This document shows, piece by piece, positions 1-8,724 of a DNA stretch of 64,000 nt. How positions within the stretch are numbered: the stretch's first letter is position 1; every line of letters begins with the position of its first letter. The translations under genes were made by a program, and so were the position numbers. The stretch spans positions 608,001-672,000 of the forward strand of contig CAWJET010000002.1 in the NCBI GenBank assembly GCA_963842085.1. The letters run 5' to 3'. Source of the DNA: an uncultured delta proteobacterium. GTDB taxonomy: Bacteria; Desulfobacterota; Binatia; Binatales; Binataceae. The notes beneath the pieces are model-generated. The model saw only the letters and a program-made list of their open reading frames with translations, made no database searches and had not been told where the DNA came from.

Positions 1-90
1 GATACGGTTTATCGGCTCGACAAGGGCGTGCTGGCTGGAGTCGAGCCGGGCAAGAGAGGAGCGAAGGCGGAAGCGGTCGCGCATGGGTGA
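1..90 (+). CDS. 3' end of ABC transporter ATP-binding protein (LolD/MacB-type), partial
   Basis: Frame 1 reads DTVYRLDKGVL...AHG*, resembling the C-terminus of LolD-like ATPases; it lies directly upstream of two ABC permeases. Confidence 0.6.
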   Translation, partial: DTVYRLDKGVLAGVEPGKRGAKAEAVAHG

Positions 91-104
91 GTCGCGCTCT
101 GCAA

Positions 105-142
105 CCTAACCCCTAACCCTTTCCCAGGTGGGAAGGGGAACA
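105..142 (+). repeat. Intergenic REP-like repeat family A, copy 1
   Basis: cctaacccctaaccctttcccaggtgggaaggggaaca; related copies at 38861-38896 (reverse) and 60550-60587. Confidence 0.75.
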
Positions 143-157
143 GGTCCGGGAGTTCGC

Positions 158-1297
158 ATGAAGTACACGGCGCTGGTTTTTAAGAATCTGGTGCGGAGCA
201 AAAGGCGGACTTTTTTGACCGTGCTGTCGATTGCCGTCTCGCTGTTTATTTTTTCGGCGTTGGTAAGTATCCCCACCGTGGCCAATGAGATACTTGGCAA
301 CTCGGCGTCGTCGACGCGGGTTGCGACTCATAACAAGGCCGGGCTGGCCTATCCGATTCCTGAGGCCTACAAGCAGCGAATCCTGAGCGTCCCGCATGTC
401 GAGGTGGTGGTGCCGGAGAGCTGGTTCGGGGGCGTGTATCACGAGGTCTACGATCAGTTTCCGAACCTGGCGGCCGATCCCGAAGAGGTCGATAAGATGT
501 GGCCCGATTGGGGAATCAGCCCCGAGCAGTTCGCGCAGTTCAAGAAAATCCGCACCGCGTGCCTGGTCGGCGCCGATACGATGAAGCGGTTCCATCTGCA
601 CGTCGGGCAGCAGATCCAGCTGCGCGGGACGCTCTACCCCTTCAATGTGACGCTGACTATCGTCGGCACCATCGGCGGCAAAGCGCCGCCCAGCTTCCTG
701 CTGTTCCGGCGCGACTACCTGGAGGAGGCGGCCGGCCGCCCCGGCATGGTCGATAACATCTGGGTCAAGGTCGACAAGCCGGAGAACGTGCCGCAGGTGA
801 TCGCGGCGATTGACGAAGGGTTTGCCAACTCGTCGGCGGAGACCTTGTCGGAGTCGGAGGCTTCGTTTATCGGCGGTTTCATGGAGCAGTACCGCACGTT
901 TTTCAGGATGGCGGAGCTGCTGGGATTTATCGTGGTGCTGACGATCGGACTGGTGGCGGCCAACACGGCGGCGATGTCGATCCGCGAGCGGCGCGGCGAG
1001 ATTGCGGTGATGCGCTCGCTGGGATTTCCCGCGCGCACGATCCTGTCGCTGCTGCTGGCCGAGTCGATCCTCATCGGCCTGATTGGAGGAATTATCGGAT
1101 GCGGGTCGGCGTATGTCGTGCTCAAGATTTTCTCGGTTGGCAACGTCGGCGGACCGCTGGGAACGATCCGGATGCCGCCGGTGATACTGGCCGAGACCCT
1201 GGTGATAGCCGTGTTGATTGGACTGTTCAGCGCGATGGTGCCGGCCAGCTCGGCGGCGCGGCGCAGTATCGTTGACGCGCTAAGGACGGTTGCCTGA
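158..1297 (+). CDS. ABC transporter permease, FtsX/MacB family
   Basis: N-terminal KNLVRSKRRTFLT plus TM, periplasmic domain, RERRGEIAVMRSLGF motif, three C-terminal TMs; ATG at 158. Confidence 0.9.
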   Translation: MKYTALVFKNLVRSKRRTFLTVLSIAVSLFIFSALVSIPTVANEILGNSASSTRVATHNKAGLAYPIPEAYKQRILSVPHVEVVVPESWFGGVYHEVYDQFPNLAADPEEVDKMWPDWGISPEQFAQFKKIRTACLVGADTMKRFHLHVGQQIQLRGTLYPFNVTLTIVGTIGGKAPPSFLLFRRDYLEEAAGRPGMVDNIWVKVDKPENVPQVIAAIDEGFANSSAETLSESEASFIGGFMEQYRTFFRMAELLGFIVVLTIGLVAANTAAMSIRERRGEIAVMRSLGFPARTILSLLLAESILIGLIGGIIGCGSAYVVLKIFSVGNVGGPLGTIRMPPVILAETLVIAVLIGLFSAMVPASSAARRSIVDALRTVA

Positions 1298-1298
1298 G

Positions 1299-2462
1299 AT
1301 GGCGATTCCGCTGAAGTACAACGTGCGCTCGCTCCTGGTGCGGCGCGTCTCGACCGCGATGACCGGCGGCGGTATCGCGCTGGTGGTGTGCGTGTTCGTG
1401 ATCGTAATGGCGCTGGTGGCGGGATTGAACTCGGCTATTTCCGACACTGGCGACCCCGACAACATTATCGTGCTGCGTAAGGGCGCGACCACCGAGACCT
1501 ACTCAGCAATCCAGCTCGATCAGTTCGACGCGCTGAAGTTCCTGCCGCAGATCAGGCGCGAGCCCGACGGCGAGGTCGACGCTTCGCCGGAACTGCCGGT
1601 GCAGGCGCTGATGGAACGTATCGGCGGCGGGCGCGACAATATCGTGGTGCGCGGAGTGCTGCCGATCGCGCTCAAGGTCCATCCAAAGGTAAAGATTATC
1701 GAGGGCCGGATGTTCAACCCGTCGGTCAACGAAGTGATCGTCGGCAAGGGCCTGCAGGGGCATTACGCCAACATGCAGCTCGGCTCGACCCTTCACTTCG
1801 GGCGCGGCGACTGGAAGGTGGTGGGGATAATGGCGGCCGACGGCGGCTCGTTCGAGTCCGAGGTCTGGGGTGATATCCATAACGTGCAGGACGACGCGCA
1901 GCGGGGCGCATACTACGCCGACGTGCGCCTGAAGCTGGCGCCCGGGGCGGACGCCGACGCGCTGATCAGGCGGATAGCGGACGACCCGCGAATCAACCTG
2001 CAAGCGGAAACGGAGACCGACTACTACAAGGACCAGGCGGTGGTCGCCAACCAGATGCGGGTGCTGGGGATGATCGTCGCGGTGATCATGGCGGTGGGCG
2101 CGATTTTCGGCGCGATGAACACGATGTACGCGGCGGTCTCGTCGCGGACGACCGAGATCGGCACGCTGCGCGCGCTCGGTTTCGCGCCGATGGCGGTGAT
2201 GACGTCGTTCCTGCTGGAGTCGCTGGTGCTGGCGGTCGCGGCGGGCGCGATTGGGATCGTACTGGCGATGCCGATCAACGGACTGTCCACGACCTTTGGC
2301 AACTTCGTGACGTTCTCGACGCTGGCGTTCAGCTTCCGCGTGACGTTTGCGATCGTGATCGAGGCGCTGATTTTCGCCGCCGTGATGGGTGTGGTCGGGG
2401 GCTGGCTGCCGGCGCGGCAGGCGATGAAAATGTCGGTCGTCGATGCGCTGAGGAGCGTGTGA
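1299..2462 (+). CDS. ABC transporter permease, FtsX/MacB family
   Basis: NTMYAAVSSRTTEIGTLRALGF motif and the same topology as the preceding gene. Confidence 0.9.
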   Translation: MAIPLKYNVRSLLVRRVSTAMTGGGIALVVCVFVIVMALVAGLNSAISDTGDPDNIIVLRKGATTETYSAIQLDQFDALKFLPQIRREPDGEVDASPELPVQALMERIGGGRDNIVVRGVLPIALKVHPKVKIIEGRMFNPSVNEVIVGKGLQGHYANMQLGSTLHFGRGDWKVVGIMAADGGSFESEVWGDIHNVQDDAQRGAYYADVRLKLAPGADADALIRRIADDPRINLQAETETDYYKDQAVVANQMRVLGMIVAVIMAVGAIFGAMNTMYAAVSSRTTEIGTLRALGFAPMAVMTSFLLESLVLAVAAGAIGIVLAMPINGLSTTFGNFVTFSTLAFSFRVTFAIVIEALIFAAVMGVVGGWLPARQAMKMSVVDALRSV

Positions 2463-3673
2463 CCTTGTCCACCGAAGCGCCCAAGGGACCGAATATCCGC
2501 GAGCTCGAGTCGCTCCGGATTGCGCGCGCGGCGCAGCCCAAGAAGCCGAGCCGGCTTATCCCGGCTGCGATCACCCTTGGGATTCTGGCCGTGGTCGGCG
2601 CGGCGGGATACGTGGTCTATCAGCGGACGCTCGGCCGTCCGCCCGAAGTGCAGACTGCGTTTGTCACGGTGAAACAGGCGGGACAGGCGGGAACGGTGTT
2701 GACCGGCAGCGGCTATATCGTCACGGACCACAAGTATATCGTGATCGGCACCAAGATTCTCGGCCAGATAGTCGAAGAGCCGATCGAGGAAGGGCAGCGG
2801 GTCAAGAAGGGCGACCTGCTGGCGCGAATCGACGATCGCGACTACCAGGCGCAACTGAAGCAGGCCTACGCGGATCGCGACCTGGCGGCGGCCAACCTGG
2901 TGCTGAAGAAGGCGCGCGCGGAGCGCCTGCGCGCGCTCTACCAGCAGGGCGTTGAATCGAAGGACTCGCTCGACGACGCCGAGAATCAGCTCGCGGTGGC
3001 GGAGGCGGATCTCAAGAAGTCCGACGGCGAGATCGAATTCGCGAAGTTCAACGTGAGCCAGACCGTGATCACGTCGCCAATCAACGGCGTGGTGCTGCAG
3101 AAGTATCGCGAACTGGGCGACACGATAAACTACGGCGGTGAAATCCAGGCCGGCGGCGGCGCCACTGATATCGCGCAGCTCGCGGACTTGAGCGACCTCC
3201 GCTGCGAGGTCGATATCAACGAAAGCGATATCGCCAAGGTCAACATGGGAACGCCGGCAACCGTGATCCTTGACGCGTACCCCGATGATCCGTTTCCCGC
3301 GCAGGTGGTGAAGATTTATCCGGAGGCCGACCGCCAGAAAGGCACGGTGAAAGTCGAGGTCCGGATCCTGCAGCCGGATCTCAAAGTTATCAAGCCGGAA
3401 ATGAGCGCCAAGGTCACCTTCCAGTCGATCTTGACGCAGACCGCCGCAGCGCCGATGGTGCTGGTGCCGAAGAAAGCGATCGTTACCGAAGGCAGCGCCA
3501 GCTCGGTGTGGGTCGTGCGCGGCGACACTGCGCATCTGATGCCAGTGGTGATCGGGCGCGAGTTCCAGGAAGGCGTCGAAGTGAAGCAGGGACTGAGCGG
3601 CGGCGAGATGGTGATCGTGGTGCCGCCCGCGACGATCAGGGACGGGCAGGAAGTTACGCCGGTCGCGTCTTAG
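2459..3673 (+). CDS. Efflux periplasmic adaptor subunit (MacA/HlyD family)
   Basis: N-terminal TM; lipoyl half-motifs EEGQRVKKGDLLARID and ITSPINGVV; coiled-coil hairpin; DINESDIAKV. Confidence 0.9.
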   Translation: MTLSTEAPKGPNIRELESLRIARAAQPKKPSRLIPAAITLGILAVVGAAGYVVYQRTLGRPPEVQTAFVTVKQAGQAGTVLTGSGYIVTDHKYIVIGTKILGQIVEEPIEEGQRVKKGDLLARIDDRDYQAQLKQAYADRDLAAANLVLKKARAERLRALYQQGVESKDSLDDAENQLAVAEADLKKSDGEIEFAKFNVSQTVITSPINGVVLQKYRELGDTINYGGEIQAGGGATDIAQLADLSDLRCEVDINESDIAKVNMGTPATVILDAYPDDPFPAQVVKIYPEADRQKGTVKVEVRILQPDLKVIKPEMSAKVTFQSILTQTAAAPMVLVPKKAIVTEGSASSVWVVRGDTAHLMPVVIGREFQEGVEVKQGLSGGEMVIVVPPATIRDGQEVTPVAS

Positions 3674-3693
3674 GGCTAAGGGTAAATCACGTT

Positions 3694-4422
3694 ATGGCGG
3701 AGACCTTCGTATTGGTGCATGGCGCCTGGCATGGCGGATGGTGCTGGGCGGCGGTAATCAATCAACTCGAGAAATTGGGCGACACCGCTTACGCGGTCGA
3801 TTTGCCGGGGCATGGAATGAACCGGGCGGATCGCTCGAAGGTTACACTCGACAGCTACGTCAATAGCGTCGTGGAGTTTATCGAGCGGCACGACCTGAAA
3901 AGCGTCGTGCTCGCCGGGCATAGTCTTGGCGGGCTCACGATACCCGGCGTCGCGGCGACGATTCCGTCGCGGATGAAGCGCGTGGTCTGGGTCACGGCGC
4001 TGGTGCCGCTCGACGGGCAGTCAATCGTGGACCCGGCGACGTCGCCGCTGGCGGCGGCGGCAGACACCGTGGCGGATCGATCGATTGCGATAGAGATGAT
4101 GGGCAAGGAATTTCTCGACGGGCTTACCAACGACATGGCGACGGCGGTGAAGGAATACGTCCTGTCGGCGCTGGGTCCGCAGCCGATCGCACCCCTGCTC
4201 GGGCCGGTTGCGATGGCGCCCTACTTCGCTACCGGAATTCCGAGCAGCTATGTCGTTTGCGAAGACGACCAGACACCGGTCGCGGGCGCGCCGAACTGGC
4301 ATCCGCACTTTTCGAGCCGGCTCAGGAATCCAACGCTCAAGTTCGTGAAGAGCGGGCATGAGGTGATGTTTACGCATCCGGTGGAATGCGCGCTGGCACT
4401 GCACGAGTTGGCGGTGGAGTAG
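3694..4422 (+). CDS. Alpha/beta fold hydrolase
   Basis: FVLVHGAWHGGWCW, DLPGHG, GHSLGG nucleophile elbow, C-terminal catalytic His (SGHE). Confidence 0.9.
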   Translation: MAETFVLVHGAWHGGWCWAAVINQLEKLGDTAYAVDLPGHGMNRADRSKVTLDSYVNSVVEFIERHDLKSVVLAGHSLGGLTIPGVAATIPSRMKRVVWVTALVPLDGQSIVDPATSPLAAAADTVADRSIAIEMMGKEFLDGLTNDMATAVKEYVLSALGPQPIAPLLGPVAMAPYFATGIPSSYVVCEDDQTPVAGAPNWHPHFSSRLRNPTLKFVKSGHEVMFTHPVECALALHELAVE

Positions 4423-4433
4423 CTTCGCTCTCT

Positions 4434-4605
4434 TATCATTCTGAGCGAAAGCTGCTGTAGCGAAGAGTCTCGACGGACGCTCCCTCCCGGTGTCTGCAAA
4501 GGACGCGCTAAGGCGCATCGCAGAACCGGAACCGGCTTCGCTGGCGCGAAGCGATCCGAGATCCTTCCACTCCGCTCGCATCGCTCGCTTTGGTCAGGAT
4601 GACAG
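4434..4605. repeat. Intergenic repeat family B (MITE/REP-like, gtcat..ctga...tcaggatgac arms), copy 1
   Basis: Imperfect terminal inverted arms tatcattctgagcgaaag and ctttggtcaggatgaca; 4523-4605 matches the reverse complement of 39972-40054. Confidence 0.75.
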
Positions 4606-4623
4606 AGGCCGCGCACGGGAAGC

Positions 4624-5772
4624 TCAGGTCGGATACCTGCTCAACAGGCCGCGGGCTATTACCAGCGCCTGGATTTCGTTGGTCCCTTCGCCGATCATCA
4701 TCAGCGGCGCGTCGCGGTAGAATCTTTCGACCGGGAAATCCGCCATGAAGCCGTAGCCGCCGAGCACGCGCATCGCGTCGAGCGATATTTTGGCGCAGGC
4801 TTCCGAGGCGAACAGTTTCGCCATCCCGGCCTCGACGTCGCTTCTTTCGTTTGCATCTTTTTTGCGCGCGGCATTCGCGACCATCAGGCGTGCGGCTTCT
4901 ACGCGCGTGCCCATGTCGGCCAGCATCAGCTGTACCGCCTGGTGTTGGCAGATGGGTTTGCCGAAGGCGGTGCGCTGTTGCGCGTAGCGGATGGCGGTTT
5001 CGAACGCGGCCTGCCCTACTCCGACCGCGCGCGCGGCGACGTTGATGCGTCCGACCTCCAGCGCGCTCATCACTTGCTTGAATCCCGCGCCCTCGACCCC
5101 ACCGATCAGATTAGCGGCGGGGACGGCTAAGTCCTCGAACAGAACTTCGCAGGTGTCGATGCCCTTGTAGCCAAGCTTGTCGAGATTGCGGCTGACGGCC
5201 GGACCGCGCTCGCTCTTCTCGACGGCGAACATGCTGATGCCGGCGTAAGCGGGCTTGGCGTGCGGATCGGTCTTCGCTGCGACGGCGAGCATCGTGCCGT
5301 GACGCGCATTCGTGATGAACATCTTGGCGCCGGCGAGGATGTAGTCGTCGCCGCGGCGGATGGCGGTGGTGCGAATCGATTGCACGTCGCTGCCGGCATG
5401 CGGCTCCGTGAGCGCGAGGCCTCCACGCTTGTCGCCGCAGGCCATCGCGGGCAGGAAATATTTTTTCTGCGCGTCGGTGCCGTGATTCGCTATGACGTAG
5501 GCCATGATGAGATGGCTGTTGATAACGCCGGCCAGGCTCATCCATCCGCGCGACAGCTCTTCCATCACGCGCGCGTACGTAGTGAAGCTCAGGCCGAGGC
5601 CGCCGAACTCGGCGGGGATGGTGGCGCCGAAAAGCCCCAGCTCGCGCATTGTGGCGACCATCGCATGCGGGTACTCGTCGCGATGCTCGAGCGCGGACGC
5701 GTTGGGGATGACGTCGCGCTCGACGAAGCGGCGGACAGCGGCGACAATCTCGCGCTCCAATACTTCATCCAT
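4624..5772 (-). CDS. Acyl-CoA dehydrogenase
   Basis: ALTEPHAGSD, GAKMFITN, YAQQRTAFGKPI, IGEGTNEIQ motifs. Confidence 0.92.
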   Translation of the reverse strand: MDEVLEREIVAAVRRFVERDVIPNASALEHRDEYPHAMVATMRELGLFGATIPAEFGGLGLSFTTYARVMEELSRGWMSLAGVINSHLIMAYVIANHGTDAQKKYFLPAMACGDKRGGLALTEPHAGSDVQSIRTTAIRRGDDYILAGAKMFITNARHGTMLAVAAKTDPHAKPAYAGISMFAVEKSERGPAVSRNLDKLGYKGIDTCEVLFEDLAVPAANLIGGVEGAGFKQVMSALEVGRINVAARAVGVGQAAFETAIRYAQQRTAFGKPICQHQAVQLMLADMGTRVEAARLMVANAARKKDANERSDVEAGMAKLFASEACAKISLDAMRVLGGYGFMADFPVERFYRDAPLMMIGEGTNEIQALVIARGLLSRYPT

Positions 5773-5839
5773 TGCTTTAACTCCTGAAAATGCTGCACGC
5801 GTTCACATTGGCATTCGATTTACCAGAGGAGGAAACGGC

Positions 5840-5888
5840 TTGCATAGCAGGCGCCGACGGCCTAGAGTAAGTGTCAGATTGACGCAAA
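5840..5888 (+). promoter_or_regulatory. Sigma70 promoter of nadA with candidate NrtR operator
   Basis: TTGCAT (5840)-17 bp-TAGAGT (5863), followed by the pseudo-palindrome taagtGTCagattGACgcaaa (5868-5888). Confidence 0.65.
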
Positions 5889-5911
5889 GTAACCAGAGAA
5901 GAGGATTGACG

Positions 5912-6925
5912 GTGAACGAAGCTGCGGAAACGGCGATTGACGCGGGCGCGCTGCGCGACAAGCTGGCGGTGCTCGGCAACGATAGCTACACGGCTGAGAC
6001 GTGCGAGCGCTACGCGGGAATGATCGCGGAGATCAAGGAGCTGAAAAAGTCGCGGCGCGCGGTCGTGCTGGCGCATAACTACCAGCGGCCGGAAATTTTC
6101 GAGGTCGCGGACTTTATCGGCGACTCGCTGGAGCTGGCGCGCAACGCTCGCGACGTGCGCGACGCGGACGTGATCGTCTTTTGCGGCGTCCATTTCATGG
6201 CCGAGACGGCCAAGGTCTTCAACCCCGAGCGCAAAGTGTTGCTGCCGGACTTGAAGGCGGGATGCTCGCTGGCCGACAGCGTGACGGCCGAGGCGCTGGC
6301 CGAGCGCAAGGAAGAGTTGCTCAAGATTTATCCCGACCTGAAGGTGGTGTCGTACGTCAATTGCACGGCGGACGTAAAGGCGCTGTCGGACGCGTGCTGC
6401 ACGTCGGCGAACGCGACCAAGATCGTCGAGCGGATCGACTCGGATAATATTCTGTTCGTGCCGGATCAGAATCTCGCGAACTACGTGCAGGGGAATACGC
6501 GCAAACGCGTGATTTCGTGGGACGGCAACTGCTACGTGCACCATCAGATAACCCCGGACGAGGTGAACAAGGTCAAGCAGGCGATTCCCGGGATCAAGGT
6601 GATTGCGCATCCGGAGTGCCGGCGCGACGTGCTCGCGATTGCCGACGCGGTGCTGTCTACCAGCGCGATGGTCAGGTATGCGCGGAGCAGCGACGCGGAC
6701 AAGTTCCTGGTGGTGACGGAATGCGGGCTGTCGGATCGGCTGCTGATGGAGATTCCCGACAAGCACTTCTACAAGGCGTGCAAGCTATGCCGGTTCATGA
6801 AGATGATCACGCTCGAGGGGACGCTCGATGCGCTCCGCCACCTGCGCTACGAAATCGAACTTACCGAGGACGTGCGCGCGGGCGCGAAGCGGGCCCTGGA
6901 GCGCATGCTCGAGCTGAGCGCCTGA
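5912..6925 (+). CDS. nadA: Quinolinate synthase
   Basis: LAHNYQRPEI, IVFCGVHFMAETAK, three Fe-S Cys (AGCSLA, GNCYVH, CRFMK), AHPEC; GTG start after a GAGGA RBS. Confidence 0.95.
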   Translation: MNEAAETAIDAGALRDKLAVLGNDSYTAETCERYAGMIAEIKELKKSRRAVVLAHNYQRPEIFEVADFIGDSLELARNARDVRDADVIVFCGVHFMAETAKVFNPERKVLLPDLKAGCSLADSVTAEALAERKEELLKIYPDLKVVSYVNCTADVKALSDACCTSANATKIVERIDSDNILFVPDQNLANYVQGNTRKRVISWDGNCYVHHQITPDEVNKVKQAIPGIKVIAHPECRRDVLAIADAVLSTSAMVRYARSSDADKFLVVTECGLSDRLLMEIPDKHFYKACKLCRFMKMITLEGTLDALRHLRYEIELTEDVRAGAKRALERMLELSA

Positions 6926-6987
6926 GCGCGAATGCACAGGGCGTCGCGACGGGCACCGTCGCGCGCGGTGAGCGGCTGGCGCGGCCG

Positions 6988-7626
6988 ATGGTCGCGGTCG
7001 ATACGGTGCTGTTTGCGATCAACGGCGGGCGCCTGCAGACCTACCTGGTCGAGCTGCGGCGCGGGCCGGGCCGCGGGCGGTGGGCGTTTCCGGGCGGACT
7101 GGTGCGGGTAGGCGAGCTGCTGGACGATGCGGCGCGACGCGAGCTTTACGATTCGACGGGACTGCGCGGGGCATACCTGGAGCAGTTGTTCACCTTTGGC
7201 GATCCGTCGCGCGACCCGCGCGCGCACGTGGTGTCGGTCGCGTACATGGCGCTGATTCCCGATGTGCAGGGAGTGGGCGCGCCGTCGGACAAATACGCAA
7301 CCGGCAAATGGTACGAAGTCGCGCGACTGCCGGAGCTCGCGTACGATCACTCGCAGATGGCGGCGTATGCGGTACGGCGGCTGAAGTCCAAGCTCGAGTA
7401 CACCAACATCGCGTATGCCTTGCTGCCGCGGGAATTCACATTCGCCGAGTTCGAGGAGCTGTACTCGCTGATCCTGGGGCGCCCGCTCGATCGGCGAAAC
7501 TTCCGCCGCAGCATCTTGGCGATGGGCCTGTTGAAACGACTGCCGCATACGCGGCGCGGACCGCATCGGCCCGCCGCTCTGTACAGTTTCGCGAATCAAA
7601 GCCTTAGATTCATCGAGATGCTATAA
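6988..7626 (+). CDS. nrtR: NrtR-type Nudix-related transcriptional regulator
   Basis: VAVDTVLF, WAFPGGLV, YLEQLFTFGDPSRDPR, winged-helix C-terminus DRRNFRR...HRPAALY; Nudix box degenerate (RELYDSTG); directly after nadA. Confidence 0.88.
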   Translation: MVAVDTVLFAINGGRLQTYLVELRRGPGRGRWAFPGGLVRVGELLDDAARRELYDSTGLRGAYLEQLFTFGDPSRDPRAHVVSVAYMALIPDVQGVGAPSDKYATGKWYEVARLPELAYDHSQMAAYAVRRLKSKLEYTNIAYALLPREFTFAEFEELYSLILGRPLDRRNFRRSILAMGLLKRLPHTRRGPHRPAALYSFANQSLRFIEML

Positions 7627-7647
7627 TTTCGCCCTGCTGGGAGACTC

Positions 7648-8070
7648 ATGTTCAAGGGCATCAAAGGAATTGTCGCATTGACTGCCGCCGCATTCCTGGT
7701 CGTGGCGGTCGCCTACGGCGGCTACTTGTCGAATCGAGCGCAGCCATCGGACGGCGAGATGGCGGCGTCCGGCGATCCGGCGGCGCGACTCCGGATAACG
7801 CTCGACCCGCGGGAATTCCAGGGCAACGTGCGCGAGGCGTATGAAGTTGCCGAGCGCGATCCCGCGTTGCTGGCGCAATTGCATTGCTACTGCGGGTGCG
7901 ACAAGACGCTGGGGCACAAGAGCCTGCTCGACTGCTTCCGCGATACCCACGGCAGCAGGTGCGCGATCTGCTGTGGCGAGGCGCGCGATGCAAAGTCAAT
8001 GGCAAATCGGGGCGTGCCGGTCGAACAGATCCGCGACACATTGCGCGCGCGCTACGCCCACGGGAGCTGA
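7648..8070 (+). CDS. PCYCGC-motif-type exported (lipo)protein
   Basis: N-terminal hydrophobic segment; LHCYCGC...GHKSLLDCF...HGSRCAIC. Confidence 0.85.
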   Translation: MFKGIKGIVALTAAAFLVVAVAYGGYLSNRAQPSDGEMAASGDPAARLRITLDPREFQGNVREAYEVAERDPALLAQLHCYCGCDKTLGHKSLLDCFRDTHGSRCAICCGEARDAKSMANRGVPVEQIRDTLRARYAHGS

Positions 8071-8073
8071 CGC

Positions 8074-8691
8074 TTGGTTGGACTCGTCTCCGCGTATATC
8101 GAACACTTCACCTATGTCGGGTTGTTCGTTGTTCTGATGCTGTGTGGACTGGGGCTGCCGATGCCGGAAGACGTGGCGCTCCTGGCCGGCGGCTACTTGG
8201 TGCATCGCGGGATCACGCGCTACCCGATCACGCTGGCGGTGTCGCTGCTGGGAGTGGTCGCGGGCGACAACTCGCTGTTCTTCATGGGCCGGCACTTCGG
8301 CTCGGGATTGGTGCGCTACTTCTCAATCGGACGGCCGGGCCGCAAGCATCAGATCGAGCGCATCGAGGGTTTCATGCAGCGTCATGGGCATCGCGCGATT
8401 TTCTACGCGCGTTTCCTGGCCGGTCTGCGCGCCCTGATTTACCTGTCGGCGGGATCTTTCGGCGTGCGCCCGGCGGTCTTTTTGGCCTATGATCTGCTTG
8501 GAGCGTTGATCTCGGTGCCAATCGTCGTGACGCTCGGCTACGTATTCGGCAAACAACTCGAGTTGCTGGTCAAATACATCGGCGGCTTCGAGCGGTTGAT
8601 CGTAGTCGTGGCTATACTGAGCGTTGCGGTGTACGGGACCCGAATCGTGGTGCTGCGCAAAACCAACGAGTCCGCAGCCAAGAGCAGTTAG
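8074..8691 (+). CDS. DedA family membrane protein
   Basis: GLPMPEDVALLAGG, GDNSLFFMGR, IFYARFLAGLR. Confidence 0.92.
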   Translation: MVGLVSAYIEHFTYVGLFVVLMLCGLGLPMPEDVALLAGGYLVHRGITRYPITLAVSLLGVVAGDNSLFFMGRHFGSGLVRYFSIGRPGRKHQIERIEGFMQRHGHRAIFYARFLAGLRALIYLSAGSFGVRPAVFLAYDLLGALISVPIVVTLGYVFGKQLELLVKYIGGFERLIVVVAILSVAVYGTRIVVLRKTNESAAKSS

Positions 8692-8724
8692 GCCGGATTA
8701 TTGCGCGGCCCTGTCGGCCTGCCG

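Noticed and set aside
105-142. CCCTAA repeats as eukaryotic telomere contamination or a CRISPR repeat
   Set aside because: Only two units within a dispersed hairpin repeat, in clearly bacterial context, with no regular repeat-spacer array and no cas genes
2024-3535. Long antisense or alternate-frame ORFs (for example 2024-3535, 8740-10320, 10223-11560, 27307-28824, 50741-52393, 56644-57846)
   Set aside because: They shadow well-supported genes on the opposite strand, a typical artefact of high GC3 codon bias, and have no recognisable motifs
5504-5911. N-terminal extensions given by the ORF track for nadA and similarly for nrtR, the hydrolase, mlaE, the mutase and the PNPOx-like gene
   Set aside because: They overlap neighbouring genes or promoters; downstream starts fit the RBS positions and family domain boundaries
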